Shown piece by piece: positions 38,992 through 48,031 of a DNA stretch of 64,000 nt. A program made the position numbers and the translations under genes. The DNA is from an uncultured Sangeribacter sp. (lineage in GTDB: Bacteria > Bacteroidota > Bacteroidia > Bacteroidales > Muribaculaceae): positions 14,487-78,486 of the forward strand of contig CAZGEX010000007.1 in NCBI GenBank assembly GCA_964524385.1. Reading direction: 5' to 3'. Every line of letters begins with the position of its first letter. Position 1 is the stretch's first letter. The notes under the pieces are model-generated. The model was given only the letters and a program-made list of their open reading frames with translations, was not told the DNA's origin and searched no databases.

Positions 38992-40281
38992 ATGAAATGG
39001 AATAAATTCATTAGTGTTATAAAACAACCCCAAAACTCGAATAACAGCTACATTATAAACTATTATAACGGGCAGTTAATTTATGTTGTTGATAAATTAG
39101 CAGAATTAGTCATAAATAATACTAACAATATAGAAAACATATTTGAAACACATCCAACATTTGCACAAGAATTATATAAAAAGGGATTCATTGTAGATAA
39201 AAATTTAGACATCCCAAAGATGTGCATTGAAAAACTGAACAACTATTATACTGACAGAAGCGAAATTCGACTCACAATTAACCCTACCTTAGACTGTAAT
39301 TTAAGATGTTGGTACTGCTACGAGGAACACAAAAACGGTACAAAAATGAGTGCAGACATAATAGAAAGCATACTCAAATATTTAGAACTCCAACTTATTT
39401 ATCCTACGAAAAAGTTGATACTCTCATTCTTTGGTGGCGAACCTTTAATTTGTTATAATGATGTAGTTCTAATATTATGCTCCAAGATTAAGGAACTTTG
39501 TACAAGAAACAACATTGAACTGATTATTTCGTTTACAACAAATGGAACATTACTAACTAAATCAAGAATTGAGAAATTACTTTCAATCCACAACAATTTA
39601 TTTTTTCAAATCCCATTTGATGGAAGTGGCGACACTCATAATCTCACAAAACATTTTAAGAACAAAAATGGGAGTTACGACTTAATTTTAAAAAACGTAA
39701 AAAGTGCAATAACACATAAAGGAGTTGAAATTAATATTAGATGCAACTATACCTTAAATAATATTGAATCATTCCGCGAATTAATTAATGAATTTAAAAC
39801 ATATACCGATTACTCTAATTTTTATTTTGATTTTCATCGAGTATGGCAAGAAAAGGAAACCTCAATTCTTAAATCTAAATTAATTGAAATCCAACAATAT
39901 ACCATTAACACTTTAAGCAAAAATCATTTATTAACAATAAAACCCACTCGATGTTATGCAGACAATTATCATAACATCATAATAAACTATGATGGAGGCA
40001 TTTACAAGTGTACTGCCAGAGATTTCAACGACCGACATATTATTGGGCATATTAACAAAAACGGTACAATTACTCAAATATTTCGTAAAATTGAAGATCG
40101 AAATTCTAAATTTATTCTTCCTTGCTGCAAAGAATGTAAAATTCTTCCTATATGTAATATCTGCGGACAAAAGAAAGATGAGTTTATTGATGGTAATTGT
40201 CCATTTATAGATAACTCCGACTATCATCACCAATTAATTTACAACTACTTACAAAAACTATTAACTAATTCTATTTTATAA
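38992..40281 (+). CDS. Radical SAM / SPASM-domain peptide maturase
   Basis: 429 aa. CNLRCWYC (Cx3Cx2C) at residues 102-109. C-terminal C-x14-GGIYKC and CCKECKILPICNIC auxiliary-cluster motifs. About 90 aa precede the core and could be a peptide-recognition element. Confidence 0.85.
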   Translation: MKWNKFISVIKQPQNSNNSYIINYYNGQLIYVVDKLAELVINNTNNIENIFETHPTFAQELYKKGFIVDKNLDIPKMCIEKLNNYYTDRSEIRLTINPTLDCNLRCWYCYEEHKNGTKMSADIIESILKYLELQLIYPTKKLILSFFGGEPLICYNDVVLILCSKIKELCTRNNIELIISFTTNGTLLTKSRIEKLLSIHNNLFFQIPFDGSGDTHNLTKHFKNKNGSYDLILKNVKSAITHKGVEINIRCNYTLNNIESFRELINEFKTYTDYSNFYFDFHRVWQEKETSILKSKLIEIQQYTINTLSKNHLLTIKPTRCYADNYHNIIINYDGGIYKCTARDFNDRHIIGHINKNGTITQIFRKIEDRNSKFILPCCKECKILPICNICGQKKDEFIDGNCPFIDNSDYHHQLIYNYLQKLLTNSIL

Positions 40282-40284
40282 ATT

Positions 40285-42369
40285 ATGAATAGACATCTTT
40301 TATTTGTAACTACCATAATCATTTCTTTAAATGCGGTTGCAAAGTCTACCGACAATCATTCGAATGATACAACATATAAAGAATTAAAGGAATTTGTTGT
40401 AGAAGGACAATCTTCATTTATAACAGATAATGGAATGATATTTATTCCAAACAAACAAGTAAAAAATGCCTCTAATGATGCTATCTCACTCTTGAGGAAT
40501 ATGGCAATTCCTGTGCTTCAGATAGATCCATTAGGAAATTCTGTTAAAAACATTTCAAATTCTGATGTCAACATTTTCATCGATTTTCAACCTGCTACCC
40601 AACAAGAAATTTTGGGTATGCGTACAAAAGATGTAGTCCGAGTGGAATATTATGACAATCCGACAGACCCAAGATTCAAGGGTTCGAGAGCTGTTGTAAA
40701 TTTTATAATGAAGAAATATCAATATGGTGGTTATTTAAAACTAAATGCAGGACAATCATTTTTTTATAATGCCGGTGACTATCGTCTGTATTCAAAAATC
40801 AGTCATAAACGAATGACATACGACATTTCGTTAGGAGCAAAATATGCCATAGACAACGGTAAAAGAGTGTCTTCTCTTCACAACTATCATTTTGTTGATG
40901 ATTTTACCGAAAAATACACAATTCAAAGAATATCTGAAGGGGAGGGGAGGGATAAATCCAACACTGCATACGCATCTTTTAGAGCGAGATACTCTACCAA
41001 TAAAATATTAATATCCAACGAAATAGGCTTAACCGGGAACAAAAAGCCCTACTCTTTTATCAATGGGGAAGTCGCTTTTAACTCACTGCCATACAGCGAT
41101 TTCAACAACAACAATACATCTCAATCACTCTCCCCATATTTTAGCGGTAATTACTTTTTTGTTCTATCTAACAGAAGTACATTAAGTGCATCCGTAAACT
41201 TCTCTTACTCGAGAAACAAATCATGGCAAAACTACATTTCCGGTAAATCCGAACCTATTGTCAACAATTCTGACGAACACGTATATTCGCCTAACATTTC
41301 CATCAATTATAACTATAATCTCGGACATAACAATTCTTTTAACCTTGATATTTGGAGTGCAAATAATATTTACAAAAGCGACTATCGCGGATCTTTTGAA
41401 GGCAAACAGTCATTCATCACAAACGATAATTTAATAATCCCATCTTACACTCACAGAATTGGAAATAAAATAAATTTATATGCACGATTAGGACTGCTTG
41501 TTAGTACATTTGACGTAAACGGCAACAAATACTCTCAACTCAACCCACGCATAGGAGCACAACTATCATACACTATTAACAATAAAAATAACCTAAATTT
41601 TCAATTTTGGTTAGCAAGTTCAAATGTACCATTTTCATACATCAATGATGTACTTATGCAAGTCAACGAAATTGAATGGAAACAAGGGAACAATAGTCTT
41701 AAAGGTATGCCATGGTATATGACTACATTAGCCTATACATGGTTGCCAACAAATAAGTTTAGTCTTGCCACATCTTCTTATTTTGAATGCTACACAAATA
41801 AATTTATGCCTGTCTATAATCAATTCGACGACCATATGATTGTCAAATACATCAATAAAGGCGGATGGATAAGATTACGCGAAACCATACAAGCTACCTA
41901 CCGTCCAATAAAAGAAATCACTCTATCCGGATGGTGCCAATATGGCAACTATTTCTGTTACGATGGGAACTATGCAAGAGTTTCAAAAATAATGGGAGGA
42001 CTTAATGCCACCGGCTATTGGAAAAACTTTAGTCTCAATTTATTTTATAGGACTGAAATAACAGATCTAAGTACCCGCTCGGAAAAAGTAACCGTTCCTC
42101 ATCAATACGGATTAGTACTAAGTTACGGCAATTCAAATTGGTGGGCACAACTTAGTGTAATCAACATATTTGATTCTCAAAATTACCGCAATACAATTAT
42201 CGATGTTCCTAATTTTAATTCGAACGAAACCATCTACAGTAATTCAGGAGGGCGAAGCATCGGACTTTCTATTAGCTACACATTTGATTTTGGAAAGAAA
42301 ATAAATCATAGCGACGAATTAAAAGCCCCATCTGAAAACAAATCGGCTATCATGAAAGTAGCAGAATAA
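40285..42369 (+). CDS. Outer-membrane beta-barrel protein (TonB-dependent-receptor-like / OMP_b-brl_3-like)
   Basis: 694 aa. Signal peptide, plug-like N-region (KELKEFVVEGQS...VVRVEYYDNP) and alternating beta-strand pattern ending in SISYTFDF, then a 25-aa tail. Confidence 0.7.
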   Translation: MNRHLLFVTTIIISLNAVAKSTDNHSNDTTYKELKEFVVEGQSSFITDNGMIFIPNKQVKNASNDAISLLRNMAIPVLQIDPLGNSVKNISNSDVNIFIDFQPATQQEILGMRTKDVVRVEYYDNPTDPRFKGSRAVVNFIMKKYQYGGYLKLNAGQSFFYNAGDYRLYSKISHKRMTYDISLGAKYAIDNGKRVSSLHNYHFVDDFTEKYTIQRISEGEGRDKSNTAYASFRARYSTNKILISNEIGLTGNKKPYSFINGEVAFNSLPYSDFNNNNTSQSLSPYFSGNYFFVLSNRSTLSASVNFSYSRNKSWQNYISGKSEPIVNNSDEHVYSPNISINYNYNLGHNNSFNLDIWSANNIYKSDYRGSFEGKQSFITNDNLIIPSYTHRIGNKINLYARLGLLVSTFDVNGNKYSQLNPRIGAQLSYTINNKNNLNFQFWLASSNVPFSYINDVLMQVNEIEWKQGNNSLKGMPWYMTTLAYTWLPTNKFSLATSSYFECYTNKFMPVYNQFDDHMIVKYINKGGWIRLRETIQATYRPIKEITLSGWCQYGNYFCYDGNYARVSKIMGGLNATGYWKNFSLNLFYRTEITDLSTRSEKVTVPHQYGLVLSYGNSNWWAQLSVINIFDSQNYRNTIIDVPNFNSNETIYSNSGGRSIGLSISYTFDFGKKINHSDELKAPSENKSAIMKVAE

Positions 42370-42374
42370 AGACA

Positions 42375-44570
42375 ATGAAAAAGTTTACCTTTGTCAAACA
42401 AAAAGACTCGATGCAATGTGGTGTTGCTTGCTTGAAAATGATATGTCAACATTATGGTAAAAACATAAATATCGACTATCTTGAAAATCTATGCAATACT
42501 ACAATTCAAGGTGTGTCAATACTTAATTTATGTGACACAGCCGAACACATCGGATTTCATACTATTGCCGGACGTCTAACTATTCAGCAACTCATTGAAT
42601 CGACTAAACCGGTTGTCTTACATTGGCATCAAAATCATTTTGTCGTACTATATCGAGTGACCGGACAAGGTAAAAAATTCTATATTGCAGACCCGGGAAT
42701 AGGACTAATAAAATATTCACGCCACGATTTCGAAAAAGCGTGGATAAGTTCTAATACCAATAATGAGGATAGAGGTATTGCTCTACTATTACAACCTACC
42801 CCTTCATTTTTCTCTCACGACTTCAATCTTGAAAAGGTCGAAACACGATCATTCCGCTTTTTGTTTGGATACATCAAACAATATAAGCATTATTTTAGCC
42901 AAATTATTCTCGGGCTACTTATAGGTAGTGTTTTGCAATTAGTTTTCCCTTTTCTAACACAGTCTATTGTGGATGTCGGCATATTTGATAACGATATTAA
43001 CTTCATCCTACTTGTTCTTGTCGCACAACTTATGCTCACGCTTGGTTATGCATCTGTAGGATTCATACGTCGGTGGATATTACTACATGTCGGCATCAGA
43101 ATAAACATCTCATTATTAAGCGATTTTTTCATAAAATTACTAAAGCTCCCGATGAATTTTTTCGACACAAAATTAATGGGAGACATAATGCAAAGAATGA
43201 ATGATCACCAACGAATTCAAACCTTTCTTACATCATCAGTATTGGAAATCACTTTTTCAATAATTAGCTTTATTGTATTAGGCATTGTACTTTTCTTTTA
43301 TAATCCGATTATATTTAGCATCTTAATTCTCGAGAGCATTCTATACGCAATTTGGACTATTCATTTTATGTCAAGACGAAAAGTACTTGACTATATGCTA
43401 TTTGAAAAAAGAGCCAAAAACAGCAATAACACATATCAGTTCATTACATCTATGCAAGAAATAAAACTTCAAGATTGTGAACGTCGGCGTCGTTGGGAAT
43501 GGGAAGATGTACAAGCTGATATGTTTGAAGTTGACATTAAATTATTAAAATTACAACAAACACAAGAAGCCGGAAGTCTGCTTATTAACGAAATTAAAAA
43601 TATTGTTATTACTATATTATCCGCTATAGCTGTAATAGATGGGGAAATGACATTGGGGATGATGCTTGCCGTGCAATATATAATAGGACAACTTAATACC
43701 CCTGTAAAACAACTTATGAATTTCCTATATTCACTCCAAGATGTAAAAATAAGCCTTGAACGAATTAATGACATTCAAGGACAGACAGAAGAAGATGCCA
43801 AATATGGTAATAACACAGATTTTTCAAGAGGTGGTGACATCTGCCTTTCTAATATCTCATTTCGCTATGACCTTTCACTCAGAAAGAATATACTGAACAA
43901 TATTTCCATAATAATACCTGAGGGTAAAGTTACAGCAATAGTAGGAGCAAGTGGAAGTGGCAAAAGCACTTTATTAAAATTAATTCTTGGTTTCTACCCG
44001 GCTACTTCAGGCAACATTACAATAGGCGGTATAAATATTTTAGAATATAACATACGTTGGTGGCGACGACAATGCGGTGTTGTGATGCAAGATGGTGTTA
44101 TATTTTCCGAATCAATAGCACATAATATTGCAGTAAACGACGAGGAAATTGATATGCATCGTCTAGAAGAAGCCGCACAAATGGCCGGCATCACAGATTT
44201 CATAAATTCACTACCTCTAAAATATAACACTATAATAGGAAGAGATGGAATTGGAATAAGTCAAGGTCAACGACAACGTATATTAATAGCAAGAGCAATC
44301 TATAAGCATCCTAAATACATATTTCTGGATGAAGCAACAAATTCTCTTGATGCTAACAATGAACGTCGAATTACTGAAAATCTTGAAAATTTCTATAAAC
44401 ACAGAACCGTCTTTATCATAGCACATCGTCTTAGCACAGTAAAAAAAGCCGATCAAATTATCGTACTTGACAACGGAGAAGTAATTGAAACCGGCAATCA
44501 TAACCAATTAATATCAAAAAAGGGTAAATACTTTCATTTAGTCAAAGACCAACTTGAATTAGAAGCATGA
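42375..44570 (+). CDS. Peptidase-C39-domain ABC transporter (bacteriocin-processing exporter, PCAT type)
   Basis: 731 aa. C39 motifs QCGVACLKM (Cys), HFVVLY (His) and IADPG (Asp). Six-TM domain. Walker A GASGSGKST, signature LSQGQRQR, Walker B IFLDEATNSLD. Confidence 0.9.
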   Translation: MKKFTFVKQKDSMQCGVACLKMICQHYGKNINIDYLENLCNTTIQGVSILNLCDTAEHIGFHTIAGRLTIQQLIESTKPVVLHWHQNHFVVLYRVTGQGKKFYIADPGIGLIKYSRHDFEKAWISSNTNNEDRGIALLLQPTPSFFSHDFNLEKVETRSFRFLFGYIKQYKHYFSQIILGLLIGSVLQLVFPFLTQSIVDVGIFDNDINFILLVLVAQLMLTLGYASVGFIRRWILLHVGIRINISLLSDFFIKLLKLPMNFFDTKLMGDIMQRMNDHQRIQTFLTSSVLEITFSIISFIVLGIVLFFYNPIIFSILILESILYAIWTIHFMSRRKVLDYMLFEKRAKNSNNTYQFITSMQEIKLQDCERRRRWEWEDVQADMFEVDIKLLKLQQTQEAGSLLINEIKNIVITILSAIAVIDGEMTLGMMLAVQYIIGQLNTPVKQLMNFLYSLQDVKISLERINDIQGQTEEDAKYGNNTDFSRGGDICLSNISFRYDLSLRKNILNNISIIIPEGKVTAIVGASGSGKSTLLKLILGFYPATSGNITIGGINILEYNIRWWRRQCGVVMQDGVIFSESIAHNIAVNDEEIDMHRLEEAAQMAGITDFINSLPLKYNTIIGRDGIGISQGQRQRILIARAIYKHPKYIFLDEATNSLDANNERRITENLENFYKHRTVFIIAHRLSTVKKADQIIVLDNGEVIETGNHNQLISKKGKYFHLVKDQLELEA

Positions 44571-44770
44571 ACAAACAAAAAGAAAAAAATGAAATGCATA
44601 GTAGTAAGGTTCGAAACATTTTGCAACAACGTCCGATTTGGTTGGTTCGAAATGGTATCGCTATAATTTTTATAGTATTAATTATAATGCTTGCAATTGC
44701 TACTTTTATCAATTTAGATGATAATAAAACATTTATCGACAAAATCTTTATTCATAGCCATTTACTCTGA
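44567..44770 (+). pseudogene. Truncated HlyD-family periplasmic adaptor (N-terminal 67 aa only)
   Basis: ATGA overlap with the ABC gene. The sequence SKVRNILQQRPIWLVRNGIAIIFIVLIIMLAIATFI matches the N-terminal TM anchor of Bacteroidetes HlyD adaptors, but the ORF stops after 67 aa. Only 78 nt remain before the convergent GSCFA gene. Confidence 0.55.
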
Positions 44771-44848
44771 CGCCAATGAATTTTCACATTGCATATATTT
44801 TAAAACGACATACAATGGCGACTTTATAATAATCATTAAAATTGCTTT

Positions 44849-45826
44849 TTATTTTATTGCAGGGATATTTAGATAGGGATGGTTTGCTTTGAAATCGGTT
44901 AGCAATCGCATCGTTTCTGACTTAAATGCTTCGATTTTTAACGTATCATCTGTGATGGGACGATGGTGTATTCTCCTATATAATTTTAAAGCTTCCGACA
45001 TTAATTGCTTTGTCGATTGTGACATAAATTTGTCACAAAATTTTTGCCAAATGTAATCGATTGCCACTTGTGAGGGATGCAGCATATCCGATTCATAGAA
45101 ACGATAGTCTCGCAGATCATCAAGCATAATTTCATATGCAGGGAAATAATAAGCATTATCCACACTGTTTATCAGCGATTCGACAGCCATCAAAAGTGTC
45201 GATTTAGACAACGTGTTTTCGAATGCTCCATCTTTAAAATGCCGAATAGGACTTACGGTGAAAATTAGTTTTATATTCGGATTTATGCTACGTAATTCTG
45301 CGATGAGATATTTCCACTGCGACACAATTTCCTCAACGCTCATTTTTCGACGCACAAATTTAGATGACGGGAATTTATGACAGTTTGCAACGATTTCAGA
45401 TGTATCGACTAATTCATATATTCCGGCAGTGCCAAAAGTAACGATTAATGCCTGAGATGTTTGCAGATAGTCGGAGGTTAAATCTAATGCATCGTTCATT
45501 TTTTTCAAAGCATCGCCGGTAGACACAGAACTAAAATGTGAATCAAACAGCCACGACAGATATTTGTCGTCATGATTCACTAATTCTGATTCACTCACAG
45601 GTATTTTCCGCAATGCCCTTTGCAACAAAGCAACAATACTTGCCGGATTATACAACACCCCGCAAGGATTGGCGGCCACATTCCACATGACATTTTCGAA
45701 ACGCATCCCAACATTATCTGTAAAACACGACCCCATAAGGATTATTTTCTTATCCGGGACAAGTTCGAAATCGGCTTTGGATATTGGCACTATAGTGCGA
45801 AAAATCATATCGTCAGAACATTTCAT
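44849..45826 (-). CDS. GSCFA-domain protein
   Basis: 325 aa. LMGSCFTDNVG motif and SGNH-like layout. Confidence 0.8.
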   Translation of the reverse strand: MKCSDDMIFRTIVPISKADFELVPDKKIILMGSCFTDNVGMRFENVMWNVAANPCGVLYNPASIVALLQRALRKIPVSESELVNHDDKYLSWLFDSHFSSVSTGDALKKMNDALDLTSDYLQTSQALIVTFGTAGIYELVDTSEIVANCHKFPSSKFVRRKMSVEEIVSQWKYLIAELRSINPNIKLIFTVSPIRHFKDGAFENTLSKSTLLMAVESLINSVDNAYYFPAYEIMLDDLRDYRFYESDMLHPSQVAIDYIWQKFCDKFMSQSTKQLMSEALKLYRRIHHRPITDDTLKIEAFKSETMRLLTDFKANHPYLNIPAIK

Positions 45827-47798
45827 AGTCGATAGAAGTTACTTGAAATTCTGTACGGCGATTCACTTGGTCAGCTGCTTCTTGGTCCTCTTCTGAAAGT
45901 GTTTCAATAAATTCTTCCGTCAATTCCGTTCCCTCCGCGAATTGGGGATATTCGCGATTAATCTTCTTAGTCACCACCTTCGGACGACTTTCGCCATAAC
46001 CTTGGTGTTTTAATCTGTCGGGAGCCACACCGGCTTCTATCAAATAATCGACTACACTTTTTGCACGACGATGACTAAGGTCAATGTTATATTCATCTGT
46101 TCCCCAACGATCGGTATGTGATGACATTTCTATTGTCACATTCGGATTGTCATGGAGCATCTGAGCCATTTCGTCGAGGGCTTCTTTCGATTCAGGGCGT
46201 AAAGTCGCTTTATCGAAATCATAGAAAATATTTTCCACAACTTGAGGTTTATGAATAGCGGCAAGTATAAAATCCACACCATATTCTGCATCTTCCTCAG
46301 CTATATCCGATTCAAATTCCTGTTTTACATTCAAATAACCTTTTGCCCCCGCCATCATCACATATTTCACTCCTCTTTCGAGATTAAATTTGAATGAGCC
46401 ATCATCGCGAGCAATCTCTTTTTTATTTGAGCCATCATCTCCCACGATTCTTATTACAGCATTCGGCACCGGCTCTTCATCCTTATCTAACACCCACCCT
46501 GAAATAGTAATTTTAAGATCGGGTAACACAAACGAATATATATGGTCATATCCGCGACCATCGCCTCGGTTCGAGCTAAAGAATCCATCTTCACCGGCAC
46601 CAAATGTGATACCGAAATCATCGGCTTGAGAATTGATAGGCGTACCCATATTTTCTATGCTCCAGCGATCTCCTGTACTGTTAAGCCGAGCCTTAAACAA
46701 GTCTAATCCGCCAAAGCCGGGATGACCGTCTGATGCAAAATATAACACAGTGTCCATTCTTGAATATGGAAACATTTCATCGCCGGCTGTATTAATTTGC
46801 GGACCAAGATTTTCCAACGAGCCTACCTTATCGAGCAAATTTACTCTCCAAATATCTTTACCTCCATAGCCCCCCGGCATATCTGATGCGAAATAAAGGA
46901 ATTTACCATCGGGTGAAACTGCGGGATGACCTACGGCTGATATTGTATCATTGATTATTTCATACTTGACAGGAGCACTCCATGTCGCATCACTACGTTG
47001 TGATGTAAATATTTCCACAGATGTATTTGATGCTACTTCCCGACGTGCTTTAGTTAAATACATAGTCTGACCATCGGGAGAAAAGCTCATAATACCTTCG
47101 TCGAACTCTGAATTCAATTCGCCTTCGACCGGTTCGGGACGTTGCCACTCACCCAACTCATTTTTCTTCGCAAAATATATATCGGCTTTTTTCATCCCTG
47201 TAATTTCCGATTTGTTTTCGCCCATTACTTTTTCGTTGGTCGATGCAAAATAAAGTTGGTCGTAATTTTTATCTAAATACATCGGGGCAAAATCCGCCCT
47301 ACGCGAATTAAATAGTTTTGCATTTTTTACCACATAGCGTGTGGTTTTCTTCCCTTTATTTTCAATAGCTTTCCGGCATCCGGCAATCCCCTCTTTTGCA
47401 AGTTCATTTTCAGGCTTATAGGTCAAATACGTCTCATATGCCGTAATCGCTTGAGCATATTTTCCATCGGCTTGAAGAGAACGACCAAGATAATAAAACA
47501 CCACCGAATCAGGATAATTATATCTGACTGCATTTTGATATGCTGCTGAAGCCCGAGCAAACTGATTGAGCTTCGTGTAACACGTTCCGAGTTGATATGC
47601 CACCTCACCACGAAGTGGTCTATCTTCTTTCTTCGTCATCTTGTTATACACCTTTCGATAGGTCTTCGATGCATCGTGATATTCCCCTCGCTCAAATTGT
47701 TCATGGGCTGTCGACAGTTTTGCTCCCTTACAAGCAGGCAAGCCTACTATTGCCACTATCGACACAAAATATAATATGTAGATTAATTGCTTTTTCAT
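45813..47798 (-). CDS. OmpA-family protein with TPR and PD40/WD40-like beta-propeller repeats
   Basis: Lipoprotein-like signal (start MKKQLIY at 47798), TPR region, PD40-like repeats (SPDG...LYF), and a C-terminal OmpA peptidoglycan-binding domain (NIDLSHRRAKSV...NRRTEF). Confidence 0.85.
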   Translation of the reverse strand: MKKQLIYILYFVSIVAIVGLPACKGAKLSTAHEQFERGEYHDASKTYRKVYNKMTKKEDRPLRGEVAYQLGTCYTKLNQFARASAAYQNAVRYNYPDSVVFYYLGRSLQADGKYAQAITAYETYLTYKPENELAKEGIAGCRKAIENKGKKTTRYVVKNAKLFNSRRADFAPMYLDKNYDQLYFASTNEKVMGENKSEITGMKKADIYFAKKNELGEWQRPEPVEGELNSEFDEGIMSFSPDGQTMYLTKARREVASNTSVEIFTSQRSDATWSAPVKYEIINDTISAVGHPAVSPDGKFLYFASDMPGGYGGKDIWRVNLLDKVGSLENLGPQINTAGDEMFPYSRMDTVLYFASDGHPGFGGLDLFKARLNSTGDRWSIENMGTPINSQADDFGITFGAGEDGFFSSNRGDGRGYDHIYSFVLPDLKITISGWVLDKDEEPVPNAVIRIVGDDGSNKKEIARDDGSFKFNLERGVKYVMMAGAKGYLNVKQEFESDIAEEDAEYGVDFILAAIHKPQVVENIFYDFDKATLRPESKEALDEMAQMLHDNPNVTIEMSSHTDRWGTDEYNIDLSHRRAKSVVDYLIEAGVAPDRLKHQGYGESRPKVVTKKINREYPQFAEGTELTEEFIETLSEEDQEAADQVNRRTEFQVTSIDYEMF

Positions 47799-47997
47799 TA
47801 ATATTTTAACGTCAACAAACACTTTATATTGTATAACACAATCTATATTAAGCGACTACAATCTATATTCGCCATGAAATCATCGGTTGTCTATATTGTC
47901 ATAGTTCATTACCTTTGCCGAAAAATTGGTGCAGGAATTGAACTATGATTCGAGGGGAGGGATGTGAAATTTATTTGGTAATTTCGTCGGTCTGCAC

Positions 47998-48005
47998 TAA
48001 CTTTG
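47998..48005 (+). promoter_or_regulatory. Candidate -7 promoter box (TAACTTTG) for murF-alr
   Basis: Exact TAnnTTTG match 27 nt upstream of the ATG at 48032. A second match, TACCTTTG, is at 47910-47917. Confidence 0.45.
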
Positions 48006-48031
48006 CATCGTAAAAATCAAGGTAACGGATT

